Assembly (NCBI GenBank): GCA_963762495.1
Contig: CAVXKZ010000008.1
Coordinates: 121,204-185,203 of the forward strand
Direction: 5' to 3'
Source of the DNA: an uncultured Acidobacteriaceae bacterium
Lineage (GTDB): Bacteria > Acidobacteriota > Terriglobia > Bryobacterales > Bryobacteraceae
DNA: 64,000 nucleotides
Position numbers and translations under genes: made by a program. Positions 53,966 to 63,260 of this stretch are shown in pieces (position 1 is the stretch's first letter; each line of letters opens with the position of its first letter). The notes beneath the pieces are model-generated. The model searched no databases. It was not told where the DNA came from and saw only the letters and a list, made by a program, of their open reading frames with translations.

Positions 53966-56200
53966 TCAGAAATGAAAGCGGTACCGCAATTCCCCGTAAA
54001 TTTGCCGGGGATTGATGTAGTGAGTGCCTCCGAAGGTGTTGCTCGTGTCGAGTAGGTAACGTGTGTTGGCGATATTGACGGCGTTGGCGGAGATGGACCA
54101 GTGCTCGCCGAAACGCTTGCCGAGGGATAAATCAAACGTGGAGTGCGGCGGAAGATGGGCCGGGCCATTTCCATTGAGAAAGCCGGCGCCGAATTGGTAG
54201 CTGGGTGTCGCCCAGAAGTGATCGGGCAGGTTCAGCGAAAGAACTGCGCTCGCGGTGTTGCGCTGGTCGTGATCCAGCAGGAAGTTGCCGGTTGGCGCAT
54301 CTTCCAGCAGGCCTCCGGTTACCGGGCCAATGCCTTGCGCAATCTGATTCGAATAAGCCATCCGCAGTTGAGCGATATCGAAGAGTCGCGGCGACCGGAT
54401 CGCAACTTCCGTACCGCTGATAATCGCGCCCAGATCGGTCAATGGAACGAAGATTCCGGCATTGCCGATCACATCATGATCTAGAAAATTGCGCGCGCTG
54501 GTGTGAAAGTTGTCCGCCTCCAATGACCAACCGCGAAGCGGGATCGTCAAACCGAAATCGTGCTGAATGTCGCGCTCGCCGTTCAGGGGGATGAACCCAT
54601 AGCCCTGCGTTAGCGCAAATTGAAGAGCCGGTCCAGCCAGACTATCGAGCGGGGGAGGCTGGTAATAATAGGCGTAATATCCGCGCACAATCCAGTGCAG
54701 CCGAGGGATGCGGATAGCCGCTCCGACGCGCGGATCAGCAGCGTTTTCATTAACGAGCCCAGCATAGTGTGCTAGCCGGAATCCAAGATCCAGAGTTAGC
54801 CAGGAGGCCATCTTGTACTGATCTTCCGCGAAAGCCGATACCGAATTAGCCCACTGCTTTTCCACCTGGTCCACCGCTTGTCCGCCGGGGTTGGCAGTCA
54901 ATTTAAAAAAGCTATTGTCGCGCTGGCCCCAGGCTTCGACCCCTACAACCGCACTGTGCCCCTTTTTCTGCATCTGAAGAACAGATCGTCCGCCCAAATA
55001 CTCCGAACGGTTATTGTCGTTTAGCACATAAGGCGTATCATTCGGTCCACCAACATACTGAGCGCTATTCAAATGAACATAAGGCGTCAGCATGAACAGA
55101 ACGCCTTCAGAGAATGAGCGCGTCCAGTTGAAGCCGATCAAGTAATCCCGTTCCAGATCTAGATCGCGGATGCCGGCCGTTTGCTGATCTGGAGTATTCG
55201 GAATTTGATAGTGATCTTCGCGAGAGGAGAAGATCCAGCGCAATTGATCCTTAGACGTTGGGTTGTAAAGCAGCGAAAGAAAATCTCCGGCTCCGCTTTC
55301 CTGATCGTGGATGATCTGAGGAATGGGACTTGACAAGCCAAGTTGCGAGCGATTCCCATCGGCGCTGGCGTAATAGGCAAAGCGCTCGGTGTGCCCGCCC
55401 AGGTCGAATTGATCGTCGGTCGAGTAGAAATTTCCCGCCGAGGCGACCAGCTCAGCCTCATTATTGCGTTCGAAACCGGACGGCGTGACAACGTTGAAGA
55501 AGCCATAGGTCCGGTCCCCATACTCGCTTGAGTAGCCGCCTCGTTCGACTTGCAATTCTTCGACGTTCTTAGGATTGATCAATGGCGCGACGTTGGCAGC
55601 AATGTTGGTGTTGACGACGGGGATACCGTCGAAGAACCAGTTGACCTGGTGCCCGCCTCGCATGTGGAGCATATCGTGGACCACGTAGGCGCCGGGAGTG
55701 AAATCGGTGATCATGGCCAGGCTGTTGGTCTGATCCGCCCCTGGTGTTTGCGCGATTTCTGTGGGCGTGATCCCGGTCTGAACCGTCGAAGTGTCCGTGT
55801 TTAGCTTGCTCGCTGAGCTGGTTACTTCCACGGTTTGACTCACCCCGGCCAGCTCCAGTTGAAGATGCAGGACAGGATTTTTTCCGGCCGCGATCTCCAC
55901 TTGCTGTTGTAGAGAACGGAATCCTTGTGCGGTAACTGTCACCTGGTACGCCCCCGGTGGGACGCCATCGATTAGGAACTCGCCATTCACGTCCGATTGG
56001 ACAGTTCTCGACCAGGCGGGTGTTCGGTTTTCAACGGTGATGGTCGCGGCGGCGACAGGACGATGTTGCGGATCATGGACAATTCCGCGCAGATCGCCTG
56101 ATTCCTCGGCGCAGGTGCTTTTCATACAGATGCAGAGGCAAGCGCAGGCAAACGCTATGCGGCACAGGCCGCGAAGATAGAGATTCATTCCGCTCCTCAA
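53966..56200 (-). CDS. TonB-dependent receptor with N-terminal carboxypeptidase-regulatory-like domain
   Basis: 744 aa. LRGIVHDPQHRPVAAATITV...NGEFLIDGVPPGAYQVTVTAQGF, then plug and beta-barrel, with terminal ...YGELRYRFHF. Confidence 0.9.
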   Translation of the reverse strand: MRSGMNLYLRGLCRIAFACACLCICMKSTCAEESGDLRGIVHDPQHRPVAAATITVENRTPAWSRTVQSDVNGEFLIDGVPPGAYQVTVTAQGFRSLQQQVEIAAGKNPVLHLQLELAGVSQTVEVTSSASKLNTDTSTVQTGITPTEIAQTPGADQTNSLAMITDFTPGAYVVHDMLHMRGGHQVNWFFDGIPVVNTNIAANVAPLINPKNVEELQVERGGYSSEYGDRTYGFFNVVTPSGFERNNEAELVASAGNFYSTDDQFDLGGHTERFAYYASADGNRSQLGLSSPIPQIIHDQESGAGDFLSLLYNPTSKDQLRWIFSSREDHYQIPNTPDQQTAGIRDLDLERDYLIGFNWTRSFSEGVLFMLTPYVHLNSAQYVGGPNDTPYVLNDNNRSEYLGGRSVLQMQKKGHSAVVGVEAWGQRDNSFFKLTANPGGQAVDQVEKQWANSVSAFAEDQYKMASWLTLDLGFRLAHYAGLVNENAADPRVGAAIRIPRLHWIVRGYYAYYYQPPPLDSLAGPALQFALTQGYGFIPLNGERDIQHDFGLTIPLRGWSLEADNFHTSARNFLDHDVIGNAGIFVPLTDLGAIISGTEVAIRSPRLFDIAQLRMAYSNQIAQGIGPVTGGLLEDAPTGNFLLDHDQRNTASAVLSLNLPDHFWATPSYQFGAGFLNGNGPAHLPPHSTFDLSLGKRFGEHWSISANAVNIANTRYLLDTSNTFGGTHYINPRQIYGELRYRFHF

Positions 56201-56233
56201 GACAACGCCCGCGTGGGCCGTGCTGACGAAGTT

Positions 56234-56614
56234 CTAAAAGTGCAAGAGGAGAACGGGAGGGCCGCGCTTCTGGTGTGTTCGGCTGAACGGAACGCGCCCG
56301 AGCGTCTCGGTTTGCGCCAACAGCTGGGTTGGGGTAGGAACGGGCCCGAAGCGCAGCGAAGCCGGTTGGAGAAATATAGCGTGCGGGCCGATCACCGCGG
56401 TAAGCAGGGCAGGGCTAACGGGACATCGCTCGGAAACTCCGGCGATGGCCGGTACTGAGCTATGTCGAAGCGCCGCCTGCTTCAGCGCGCACTTGTGCTT
56501 ACCGTTGATTCGGCAGCACGGAGGCAAGAAGCTGTCCGGCCGCCTGGTCGCTGTTAATGGCATCAACGGGAAGTTGATGGCAGACAACAGCAAGATGGCA
56601 AGCAGGCGCTGCAC
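56234..56614 (-). CDS. Small secreted Cys/His-containing hypothetical protein upstream of the TonB-dependent receptor
   Basis: 126 aa with signal peptide. LPPCCRINGKHKC motif, GC-rich third positions, stop 33 nt before the receptor ATG. Confidence 0.45.
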   Translation of the reverse strand: MQRLLAILLLSAINFPLMPLTATRRPDSFLPPCCRINGKHKCALKQAALRHSSVPAIAGVSERCPVSPALLTAVIGPHAIFLQPASLRFGPVPTPTQLLAQTETLGRVPFSRTHQKRGPPVLLLHF

Positions 56615-56665
56615 GCCTTATTGTAGGCGGTCACGACCAGGAACGCTATTTCGTTATACTCCGGT

Positions 56666-58231
56666 TTGCGCTACACACGAATCTGCTGTCTTGCTGCCCT
56701 TGCTGCGGCTCTCTGCGCGGAGCCAACCAGCTCCGAAGTATCTCCCGATCTCAGGGTCGCGCTCGACTCGATAACTGCCGCCCAATTGAAAGGCGATCTG
56801 TCATTTCTCGCATCGGATGCGCTCGCCGGGCGCTACACGCCATCGCCGGGTCTCGAAGTGGCTGCCGAGTTCATCGCTTCCAAGTTCCGCGCTGCCGGTT
56901 TGGAACCCGGAGGAGATGACGGCTATTTCCAGACGGCAGCCATGGTGGACCGCCGTGTTCCGCCGCCTTCGACGAGCATGACTTTGCACGATGGAGAGAA
57001 GACGTTTACTGTTACTCCCAAGAATTACGTCGTCATCAATTCCAGCAAAGCGGAAAAGATTACCGCCGCGCGGGCCGCGATCTTTCCCACGCTTGACCTT
57101 GATGCCTTGAAGAAAGCGGACCTTGCCGGAAGAGCGGTGATAGTTCCTCAGCCGGATTTCCGCCAAATACCAGCCGATCAGAGGATGGCCGTTTTTGAAA
57201 AGATGGCCGCCTTTGACAACTTCGTAAAGGCGTCCAAAGCAGCTATCGAAGTTAGGGTCACCAAGCGCATACCATCTACGCCCCGCCCCAGCCTGATGCC
57301 GGTGGATGAAATGGCGCAGCATCGTGTAGCCGAGATCGCGGCCATCGATCCAGAGCTTTCGGAATGGTTCGAACACGCCAAAGGCACGAGGGTGAAGACT
57401 GTCACCGTTAATATTCCGGCTCCACAAGAGCAAAGGTTCACTGCGAAAAATGTGATCGGCATTCTGCGGGGCTCCGATCCGGAGTTGAAGGACACAGCCG
57501 TTCTTCTGACCGCTCATTATGATCACATCGGCACAAGGGCAACGGCGGACGGCATGGCTATGGATAAGCCGAAGCCGAAAGAAAACGATCAGATCTATAA
57601 CGGCGCTAATGATGACGGCAGCGGGACGGTTTCGGTCATCGAGATTGCCGGCGCGCTAGCCCGTCTGAATCCTCATCCGAAGCGGTCCCTGGTGTTTATG
57701 ACCTTTTTTGGCGAGGAGCGCGGCGAATTGGGTTCACAGTATTACGGCAAACATCCGGTTTTCCCGGTGGCGAAGACCGTTGCCGATGTCAACCTGGAGC
57801 AAGTTGGCCGGACCGACGAACTGGAGAAAGGCAAAATAGTTCGGCAGGTGAATACGGCCAGCCTGACTGGGTTTGATTACTCGGATGTCACCAAGTATTT
57901 GGAACAGGCGGGCAGGGAAGTCGGCGTGAAGGTCTACAAGGACGACGAAGCGAGCGACGCCTACTTTACTCGCAGTGACAACGAATCACTGGCTCGGCAG
58001 GGCGTTCCGGCGCACAGCCTGTCTGTGGCTTTCGACTACCCGGATTATCACGGGCTTGGCGATGAGTGGCAGAAGATCGACTACGAGAATATGGCCCGCG
58101 TGGACCGGATGGTCGCGCTAGGGCTGGTAGACATTGCCGATAGTGAAAAACAGCCTGAGTGGAACGCGCAGAATCCAAAAACTGCGCCCTTCCGGGAAGC
58201 GCGGCAAGAGTCCCGCGACGGGGGTAAATAA
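56666..58231 (+). CDS. M28-family metallopeptidase (aminopeptidase-like, with PA-type insert)
   Basis: 521 aa, TTG start, signal peptide. HYDHIG...NGANDDGSGTVSVIEIA...FFGEERGELGSQYY. Confidence 0.9.
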   Translation: MRYTRICCLAALAAALCAEPTSSEVSPDLRVALDSITAAQLKGDLSFLASDALAGRYTPSPGLEVAAEFIASKFRAAGLEPGGDDGYFQTAAMVDRRVPPPSTSMTLHDGEKTFTVTPKNYVVINSSKAEKITAARAAIFPTLDLDALKKADLAGRAVIVPQPDFRQIPADQRMAVFEKMAAFDNFVKASKAAIEVRVTKRIPSTPRPSLMPVDEMAQHRVAEIAAIDPELSEWFEHAKGTRVKTVTVNIPAPQEQRFTAKNVIGILRGSDPELKDTAVLLTAHYDHIGTRATADGMAMDKPKPKENDQIYNGANDDGSGTVSVIEIAGALARLNPHPKRSLVFMTFFGEERGELGSQYYGKHPVFPVAKTVADVNLEQVGRTDELEKGKIVRQVNTASLTGFDYSDVTKYLEQAGREVGVKVYKDDEASDAYFTRSDNESLARQGVPAHSLSVAFDYPDYHGLGDEWQKIDYENMARVDRMVALGLVDIADSEKQPEWNAQNPKTAPFREARQESRDGGK

Positions 58232-58276
58232 TTTCGGAACGTTTCGCTTTAGGAAGCGTATTTCTGAACGACGGAC

Positions 58277-58468
58277 ATGTTGACGTTTCTGCTTTGGTGC
58301 CTGTTATTCATCTTCTCGTGGCCTCTAGCGCTGGCAGCGCTGGTTCTGTATCCGCTGGTGTGGCTGTTCCTGCTGCCATTCCGGCTTGTGGGGATCACTG
58401 TACACGGCGCACTGGCTCTCGTCGCCGCTATCATTTTTCTGCCTGCCCGCGTTCTTCGCGCCATTTAA
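58277..58468 (+). CDS. Small two-TM membrane protein
   Basis: 63 aa, very hydrophobic (MLTFLLWCLLFIFSWPLALAALVLYPLVWLFLLPFRLVGI...). Confidence 0.5.
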   Translation: MLTFLLWCLLFIFSWPLALAALVLYPLVWLFLLPFRLVGITVHGALALVAAIIFLPARVLRAI

Positions 58469-58519
58469 AGAATTTGCGAACACCCTGCAAAATCACCCGC
58501 CCTCGATACACTAACGGGT

Positions 58520-59749
58520 ATGCCGCTGCCACCGAGCGAAGAGTTTTATCGCATTAAGAAGCTCCCGCCCTACGTCTTCGCCGTCATAAACGAGTTACGA
58601 GACCAGGCGCGAGCGGCTGGAATAGACGTTATCGACATGGGGATGGGCAATCCCGACGGCGCGACCCCGGAGCCGGTGGTAGACAAATTGGTGGAAGCGG
58701 CCCGGGATCCGGCTAATCACCGATATTCCGTTTCGCGCGGCATCCAGCCCCTGCGCGCCGCCATTGTTTCCCGTTACCAGAAGCAGTATGGCGTCACGCT
58801 GGACGTCGATACGGAAGCGATCGTCACGATAGGCGCCAAGGACGCTCTGGCGCATCTCCTGTTCGCCATCATTGGACCCGGGGATGTGGTCGTTTCTCCC
58901 AATCCGGCTTATCCGATTCATCAGTACGGAGTGATTATGGCCGAAGGCGACGCCTGTATGTTGCCGATGCCCGATGCGGCGACCTTTCTGGAAGGGCTGA
59001 AAAATCTTTATCGCACCGCAGCCAAGCCGCCCAAAGTCATTCTGATCTCGTTCCCGCACAATCCCACGACGATTTGTGTCGACCTGAATTTCATGCGGGA
59101 GATCGTCGATCTGGCTCGCCGGCACGGGACCTACATTATCCATGATTTCGCTTACGCGGAATTGGGGTTCGATGGCTACCGCCCGCCCAGCATTCTTCAG
59201 GTCGAAGGTGCGGCCGATCATGCGGTCGAGATCTACTCCATGACGAAGACTTACAACATGGCTGGGTGGCGCGTGGGTTTCTGCCTCGGCAATCGCCGCC
59301 TGGTCGCGGCCCTGGCCCGCATTAAGAGCTACCTCGATTACGGCAGTTTTCAGCCTATCCAGATCGCGTCTGTCATTGCCTTGCGCGACTGCGACGATGC
59401 GCCCGGGAAAATCCGCGGCGTCTATCAATCGCGGCGAGATGTTTTGGTGCCGGGTTTGCGGGGCGCCGGCTGGCCGGTCGAATCGCCCCAGGCCACCATG
59501 TTTCTCTGGACGCGCATTCCGCAACGTTTCACGGACATGGGCTCGCTCGAATTCGCCAAGCTGCTGATGAACGAAGCGCATGTCGCTGTCTCGCCCGGTA
59601 TTGGGTTCGGACCCATGGGCGAAGGCTTCGTGCGATTCAGCCTCATCGAAAACCATGAACGAACTCGCGAGGCAGTTCGGAAAATCGGCCATTTCTTACA
59701 GAAGCAGGAAGCGCTGACCGGTTCCACCGCTACTCCTGTCCACGTATAA
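58520..59749 (+). CDS. Class I/II PLP-dependent aminotransferase (alanine/aspartate aminotransferase-like)
   Basis: 409 aa. ...KKLPPYVFAVINEL..., GMGNPD, and the PLP-Lys context YSMTKTYNMAGWRVGF. Confidence 0.9.
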   Translation: MPLPPSEEFYRIKKLPPYVFAVINELRDQARAAGIDVIDMGMGNPDGATPEPVVDKLVEAARDPANHRYSVSRGIQPLRAAIVSRYQKQYGVTLDVDTEAIVTIGAKDALAHLLFAIIGPGDVVVSPNPAYPIHQYGVIMAEGDACMLPMPDAATFLEGLKNLYRTAAKPPKVILISFPHNPTTICVDLNFMREIVDLARRHGTYIIHDFAYAELGFDGYRPPSILQVEGAADHAVEIYSMTKTYNMAGWRVGFCLGNRRLVAALARIKSYLDYGSFQPIQIASVIALRDCDDAPGKIRGVYQSRRDVLVPGLRGAGWPVESPQATMFLWTRIPQRFTDMGSLEFAKLLMNEAHVAVSPGIGFGPMGEGFVRFSLIENHERTREAVRKIGHFLQKQEALTGSTATPVHV

Positions 59750-59757
59750 TCCAGGAC

Positions 59758-60726
59758 ATGGCGGCGCGCTTCGAAGCTTCGTTGCCCGAGTTGATTGAGC
59801 TTCCGAAGCTGGGCGTTACCGATCTCGATCCGCTGTTGAGCGAAGAGATCGGGGTCTGGCACGAACGCTTCGCTTGGGATTTTCGTCCCGCTGCCGACCT
59901 TCTCCGGCGCTTCCTCCAAATTCATTCTCTATACGGATACGCGCTCACGTCGGGAAGTCAGATCATCGGCTACGCCTATCAGGTCTGCGAGGGTCGAAAG
60001 GGGCTCATCGGCGACTTCTACCTTCGGCGTGAGTATGCCCGCTCCTCTTACGAGATGTTGCTGCTGGGCGCGACCGTGGGCAATCTGATCCAAACGCCCG
60101 GTATCCGGCGCATTGAGTCGCAGCTCATGATGCTGCACATGCCGATCGCGGTGCCGCTTCCCAGCGGACCATACCTGACGCGTCATGACCGCTACTTTAT
60201 GGAGATTGGCTGCGAGGCGGCCGGCAAGCTGGCTTCTCACACACCGGCGGTCCGCGTCGCTTACGTGCCGTTTGCCGAGCGTTACCAGGAAGAGATCGCG
60301 CATCTCGTGACTGCTGCCTATCGGGGTCACGTGGATAGCGACATCAACGATCAGTACCGGACCATTCCCGGCGCGCGCCACTTTCTCATGAACATCATCA
60401 GGTTTCCCGGTTGCGGCAACTTCTTCCCCGGCGCATCGGTTGCCGCGCTCGACGATAATACAGGTCGCGTCTGCGGGATATCCTTGGCCAGCATGGTTTC
60501 GGCGACATCAGGCCACATCACTCAGCTCTGTATTTTGCCCGGAGTGCGCAAAGCGCGTCTCGGTTACGAACTTCTGCGGCAAAGCCTGCTGCATCTGGTG
60601 CAAGCTGGTTGTACTTCGATCAGTCTCACCGTGACCTGTTCGAATGTCGAAGCGATTCGGCTGTACGAGTCAGTCGGTTTTCAAACTACCGCTACTTTTC
60701 CCGCGCTGGTGTGGGAAGGATTCTGA
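59758..60726 (+). CDS. GNAT-family N-acetyltransferase (two-lobed)
   Basis: 322 aa. C-terminal motif A (LCILPGVRKARLGYELL...VEAIRLYESVGF). Confidence 0.75.
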   Translation: MAARFEASLPELIELPKLGVTDLDPLLSEEIGVWHERFAWDFRPAADLLRRFLQIHSLYGYALTSGSQIIGYAYQVCEGRKGLIGDFYLRREYARSSYEMLLLGATVGNLIQTPGIRRIESQLMMLHMPIAVPLPSGPYLTRHDRYFMEIGCEAAGKLASHTPAVRVAYVPFAERYQEEIAHLVTAAYRGHVDSDINDQYRTIPGARHFLMNIIRFPGCGNFFPGASVAALDDNTGRVCGISLASMVSATSGHITQLCILPGVRKARLGYELLRQSLLHLVQAGCTSISLTVTCSNVEAIRLYESVGFQTTATFPALVWEGF

Positions 60727-60825
60727 CGCGTTAGCTTTGCCCAGAACGGCGTCACGGCCGTCACCATGCACGACGGCAGCGTGGTCCATTCCTACTGGAA
60801 CATTTTCGGTAAAAAAATATAGCTG

Positions 60826-60885
60826 TTGACAGGGCGAGCACGTGGTGCTAAGTTTCTAGCATATGCTGAAATATTAGCATGTGCT
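60826..60885 (+). promoter_or_regulatory. Sigma-70-type promoter with overlapping or adjacent AGCA-Nx-TGCT dyads (candidate BlaI-family operators)
   Basis: TTGACA (60826-31), 17-nt spacer, TAAGTT (60849-54). Dyads are AGCAcgtggTGCT (60837-49), AGCATATGCT (60858-67, a perfect palindrome) and AGCATGTGCT (60876-85). They resemble the TACA-N2-TGTA BlaI/MecI operator logic. Confidence 0.5.
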
Positions 60886-60902
60886 GAGGTTTTAGCAGAA
60901 AG

Positions 60903-61289
60903 GTGCAGATGGCACTTGTGGGATTAAGCCGGCGCGAACGGCAAATCATGGAAATTCTTTATCAGCGGGGCAGGGGCTCCGCATCCGATGTTCGGGACGC
61001 AATGAAGGACGCGCCCAGCTATTCGGCCGTACGGGCTATGCTGCGAGTGCTCGAGGAAAAGGGTCACGTAAAGCATGAAAACGAACGATTGAAGTACGTC
61101 TTCGTGCCCGTTGTGACCCGCGAGAAGGCTAAACGCTCAGCCGTGAAGCACCTGGTGGATACGTTCTTCAGCGATTCTCCAGAACAGGTTGTCGCGGCGC
61201 TTTTGGATGTCTCTTCCAAGCGGCTAACAGACGAGGAACTGGGCCGCATGGCGGAAATGATTGAGAAAGCCAGGAAGGAGGGCAAATAA
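60903..61289 (+). CDS. BlaI/MecI/CopY-family transcriptional repressor
   Basis: 128 aa. Winged helix (LSRRERQIMEILYQRG..SASDV...SYSAVRAMLRVLEEKGHV). The stop abuts the blaR1-like ATG. Confidence 0.9.
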   Translation: MQMALVGLSRRERQIMEILYQRGRGSASDVRDAMKDAPSYSAVRAMLRVLEEKGHVKHENERLKYVFVPVVTREKAKRSAVKHLVDTFFSDSPEQVVAALLDVSSKRLTDEELGRMAEMIEKARKEGK

Positions 61290-63107
61290 ATGCCAGGGTG
61301 GATATCGTATTCGTTCTTCATGGGCGTAGCGCTCAAGAGTGTGACAGTGCTCGGCGCGGCTTGGTTAGTCACGTTTTTGCTCCGGCGAAGGTCGGCGGCG
61401 GTTCGCCATGCCCTCTGGACCGCGGCATTTGCGGCGCTCTTGGCGCTCCCGTTCCTTTCGATGGCTCTGCCGATACTCAGTGTGCCGATCAAAGGGCCAT
61501 TGACCGCTGGCCTGGTGTTTCAAACAGACGTTTCGGCTGCATATCAAAGGCACGCTCCTAGGACAGGTGACCAGGCCATGACTGCGTCACCGCTGAAGTC
61601 CGAACCATCGCTGCCGGATTTGAGTCAGTTCCTGATGCTTCTCTGGGCTGCGGGCGCTACCGTCAGCTTTGCGCAAATGTTCACTGGTTGGGTTGCCATG
61701 CAGCGCCTTCGTCGTCGGGCGAGCCCATTTTCCGAGCCGGACCTTGTCTCATTGGCCAAGCTGTTTGAGATCGACCAGGAAGTGAATCTGCTCGAAACGC
61801 CGCAGGGCAGCATGCCCGCAACCTACGGACTGCTCCGCCCCGCCATTTTTATGCCAGTCGACTCGGCGGAATGGAGTGTGGATCGCCGGCGGGTGGTTCT
61901 CCTGCACGAATTGGCGCACGTCCGTCGCCGGGATTCCGCTATGCAACTGCTGGCGCGAACCGCTTTGAGCCTGTATTGGTGGAATCCACTGGCCTGGTTT
62001 GCCTGGCGGGAGTTTCTGAAAGAGCGGGAGCGAGCCGCCGACGACATGGTGCTGAACGCGGGCGCATGCGCGTCGGAATACGCAAGCCATCTGCTCGAAA
62101 TCGCCCGTTCGATGCATTCGACTGCGGCCCTTGAATATGCAGCCGTAGCCATGGCACGGCGATCGCAGTTGGAAGGCCGGCTATTGGCGATACTGGATTC
62201 CAGCCGCCAAAGAAAAAATCCGCGGCGCGCGTTATCAGTTCTGGCCTCGCTGCTGGCGGTTCCCATAATTGCTCCACTCGCCGCTGTACAGGCGCAGAGC
62301 GATCAACAGCAGGCGCCAGCATCCGATCGAGTGAGCGTTAGCTCCGTGGCGGGACTGATTCAGCAGGGCGATACCGCGCTCGAGCAGGGGAACTTCAATC
62401 CGGCTAAGACGCTTTACCAGAGAGCGCTGACTGCTTTGGGCAGCGGACCGGAACGCGCGAAGGCCCTCCTTCATTTGGGCGTTGCCGAACTGGCAACAAA
62501 GAATATCGAGGAGGCGATCGTCGATTTCGAGAAGGCACAGGAGGCCGATTCGGCAAAAACCGGCGAAGCAAGAATGTGGATGGCGATCGCGCGACAGCGC
62601 CAGAACGACCTGCCAGCCGCATCCGGGCTCTATCAAAGTGCGCTGGCTGCGCAGGATCCCAACTCGGCCGCCACTGCCACCATCCTGGAGCTTTATGGTC
62701 AACTGCTGTCACAGCAAGGACAGTACGAACAAGCAAAGATGATAACGGATCAGGCTGCCGCCATTCGGAAAGCGCAGGCCGCTCAAATGCTAGCGACTAG
62801 CCAACCTTCTAGTCCGGATGTGTATCAGATCGGTGGCGACGTGAAGGCACCCACGCTGATCTTCAAAGTGGAGCCGGAGTACAGCCAAGAAGCACGCCTC
62901 GCCAAATATCAGGGATCGATCTTGCTTTCGGTTGAAATTAATGTGGCAGGCAACGCCCAGAACATCAAAGTCATTCGCGGCTTGGGACTCGGGCTGGATG
63001 AAAAGGCAATCGATGCCGTTCGACGGTGGAGATTCCAGCCAGGCACGAAGTTCGGTGAGCCAGTGACGACGGCGGCCAAGATCGAGGTGAATTTCCGGCT
63101 ATTCTGA
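61290..63107 (+). CDS. BlaR1-like M56 peptidase sensor fused to TPR-like repeats and a C-terminal TonB_C domain
   Basis: 605 aa. TM helices, HELAHVRRRD zinc motif, TPR-like region, and C-terminal ...PEYSQEARLAKYQGSILLSVEINVAGN...GLDEKAIDAVRRWRFQPG (TonB C-terminal fold). Confidence 0.9.
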   Translation: MPGWISYSFFMGVALKSVTVLGAAWLVTFLLRRRSAAVRHALWTAAFAALLALPFLSMALPILSVPIKGPLTAGLVFQTDVSAAYQRHAPRTGDQAMTASPLKSEPSLPDLSQFLMLLWAAGATVSFAQMFTGWVAMQRLRRRASPFSEPDLVSLAKLFEIDQEVNLLETPQGSMPATYGLLRPAIFMPVDSAEWSVDRRRVVLLHELAHVRRRDSAMQLLARTALSLYWWNPLAWFAWREFLKERERAADDMVLNAGACASEYASHLLEIARSMHSTAALEYAAVAMARRSQLEGRLLAILDSSRQRKNPRRALSVLASLLAVPIIAPLAAVQAQSDQQQAPASDRVSVSSVAGLIQQGDTALEQGNFNPAKTLYQRALTALGSGPERAKALLHLGVAELATKNIEEAIVDFEKAQEADSAKTGEARMWMAIARQRQNDLPAASGLYQSALAAQDPNSAATATILELYGQLLSQQGQYEQAKMITDQAAAIRKAQAAQMLATSQPSSPDVYQIGGDVKAPTLIFKVEPEYSQEARLAKYQGSILLSVEINVAGNAQNIKVIRGLGLGLDEKAIDAVRRWRFQPGTKFGEPVTTAAKIEVNFRLF

Positions 63108-63260
63108 TCGAGCTGGTCAGGCGGTGCCTTGACCTTCTACATGTCAAGTGCTATAGGTAGAAGCGCAAAGTATGAATATGCCTGCACTTCTTTTTTCAGC
63201 TAAATCTGATATTGCCGAGGCTGTCGGGCTGGCGCTGAGGCCTTCTAAAAGAGACCTGTC

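Noticed and set aside
56801-57526. 241-aa minus-strand ORF.
   Set aside because: It is antisense to the M28 peptidase gene.
58595-59692. 365-aa minus-strand ORF.
   Set aside because: It is antisense to the aminotransferase gene, which has clear PLP-enzyme motifs.
63133-63163. CTTCTAC-N16-GTAGAAG inverted repeat upstream of the ADOP permease.
   Set aside because: The arms are short with a long spacer, and I know of no regulator it would match. It could be chance.
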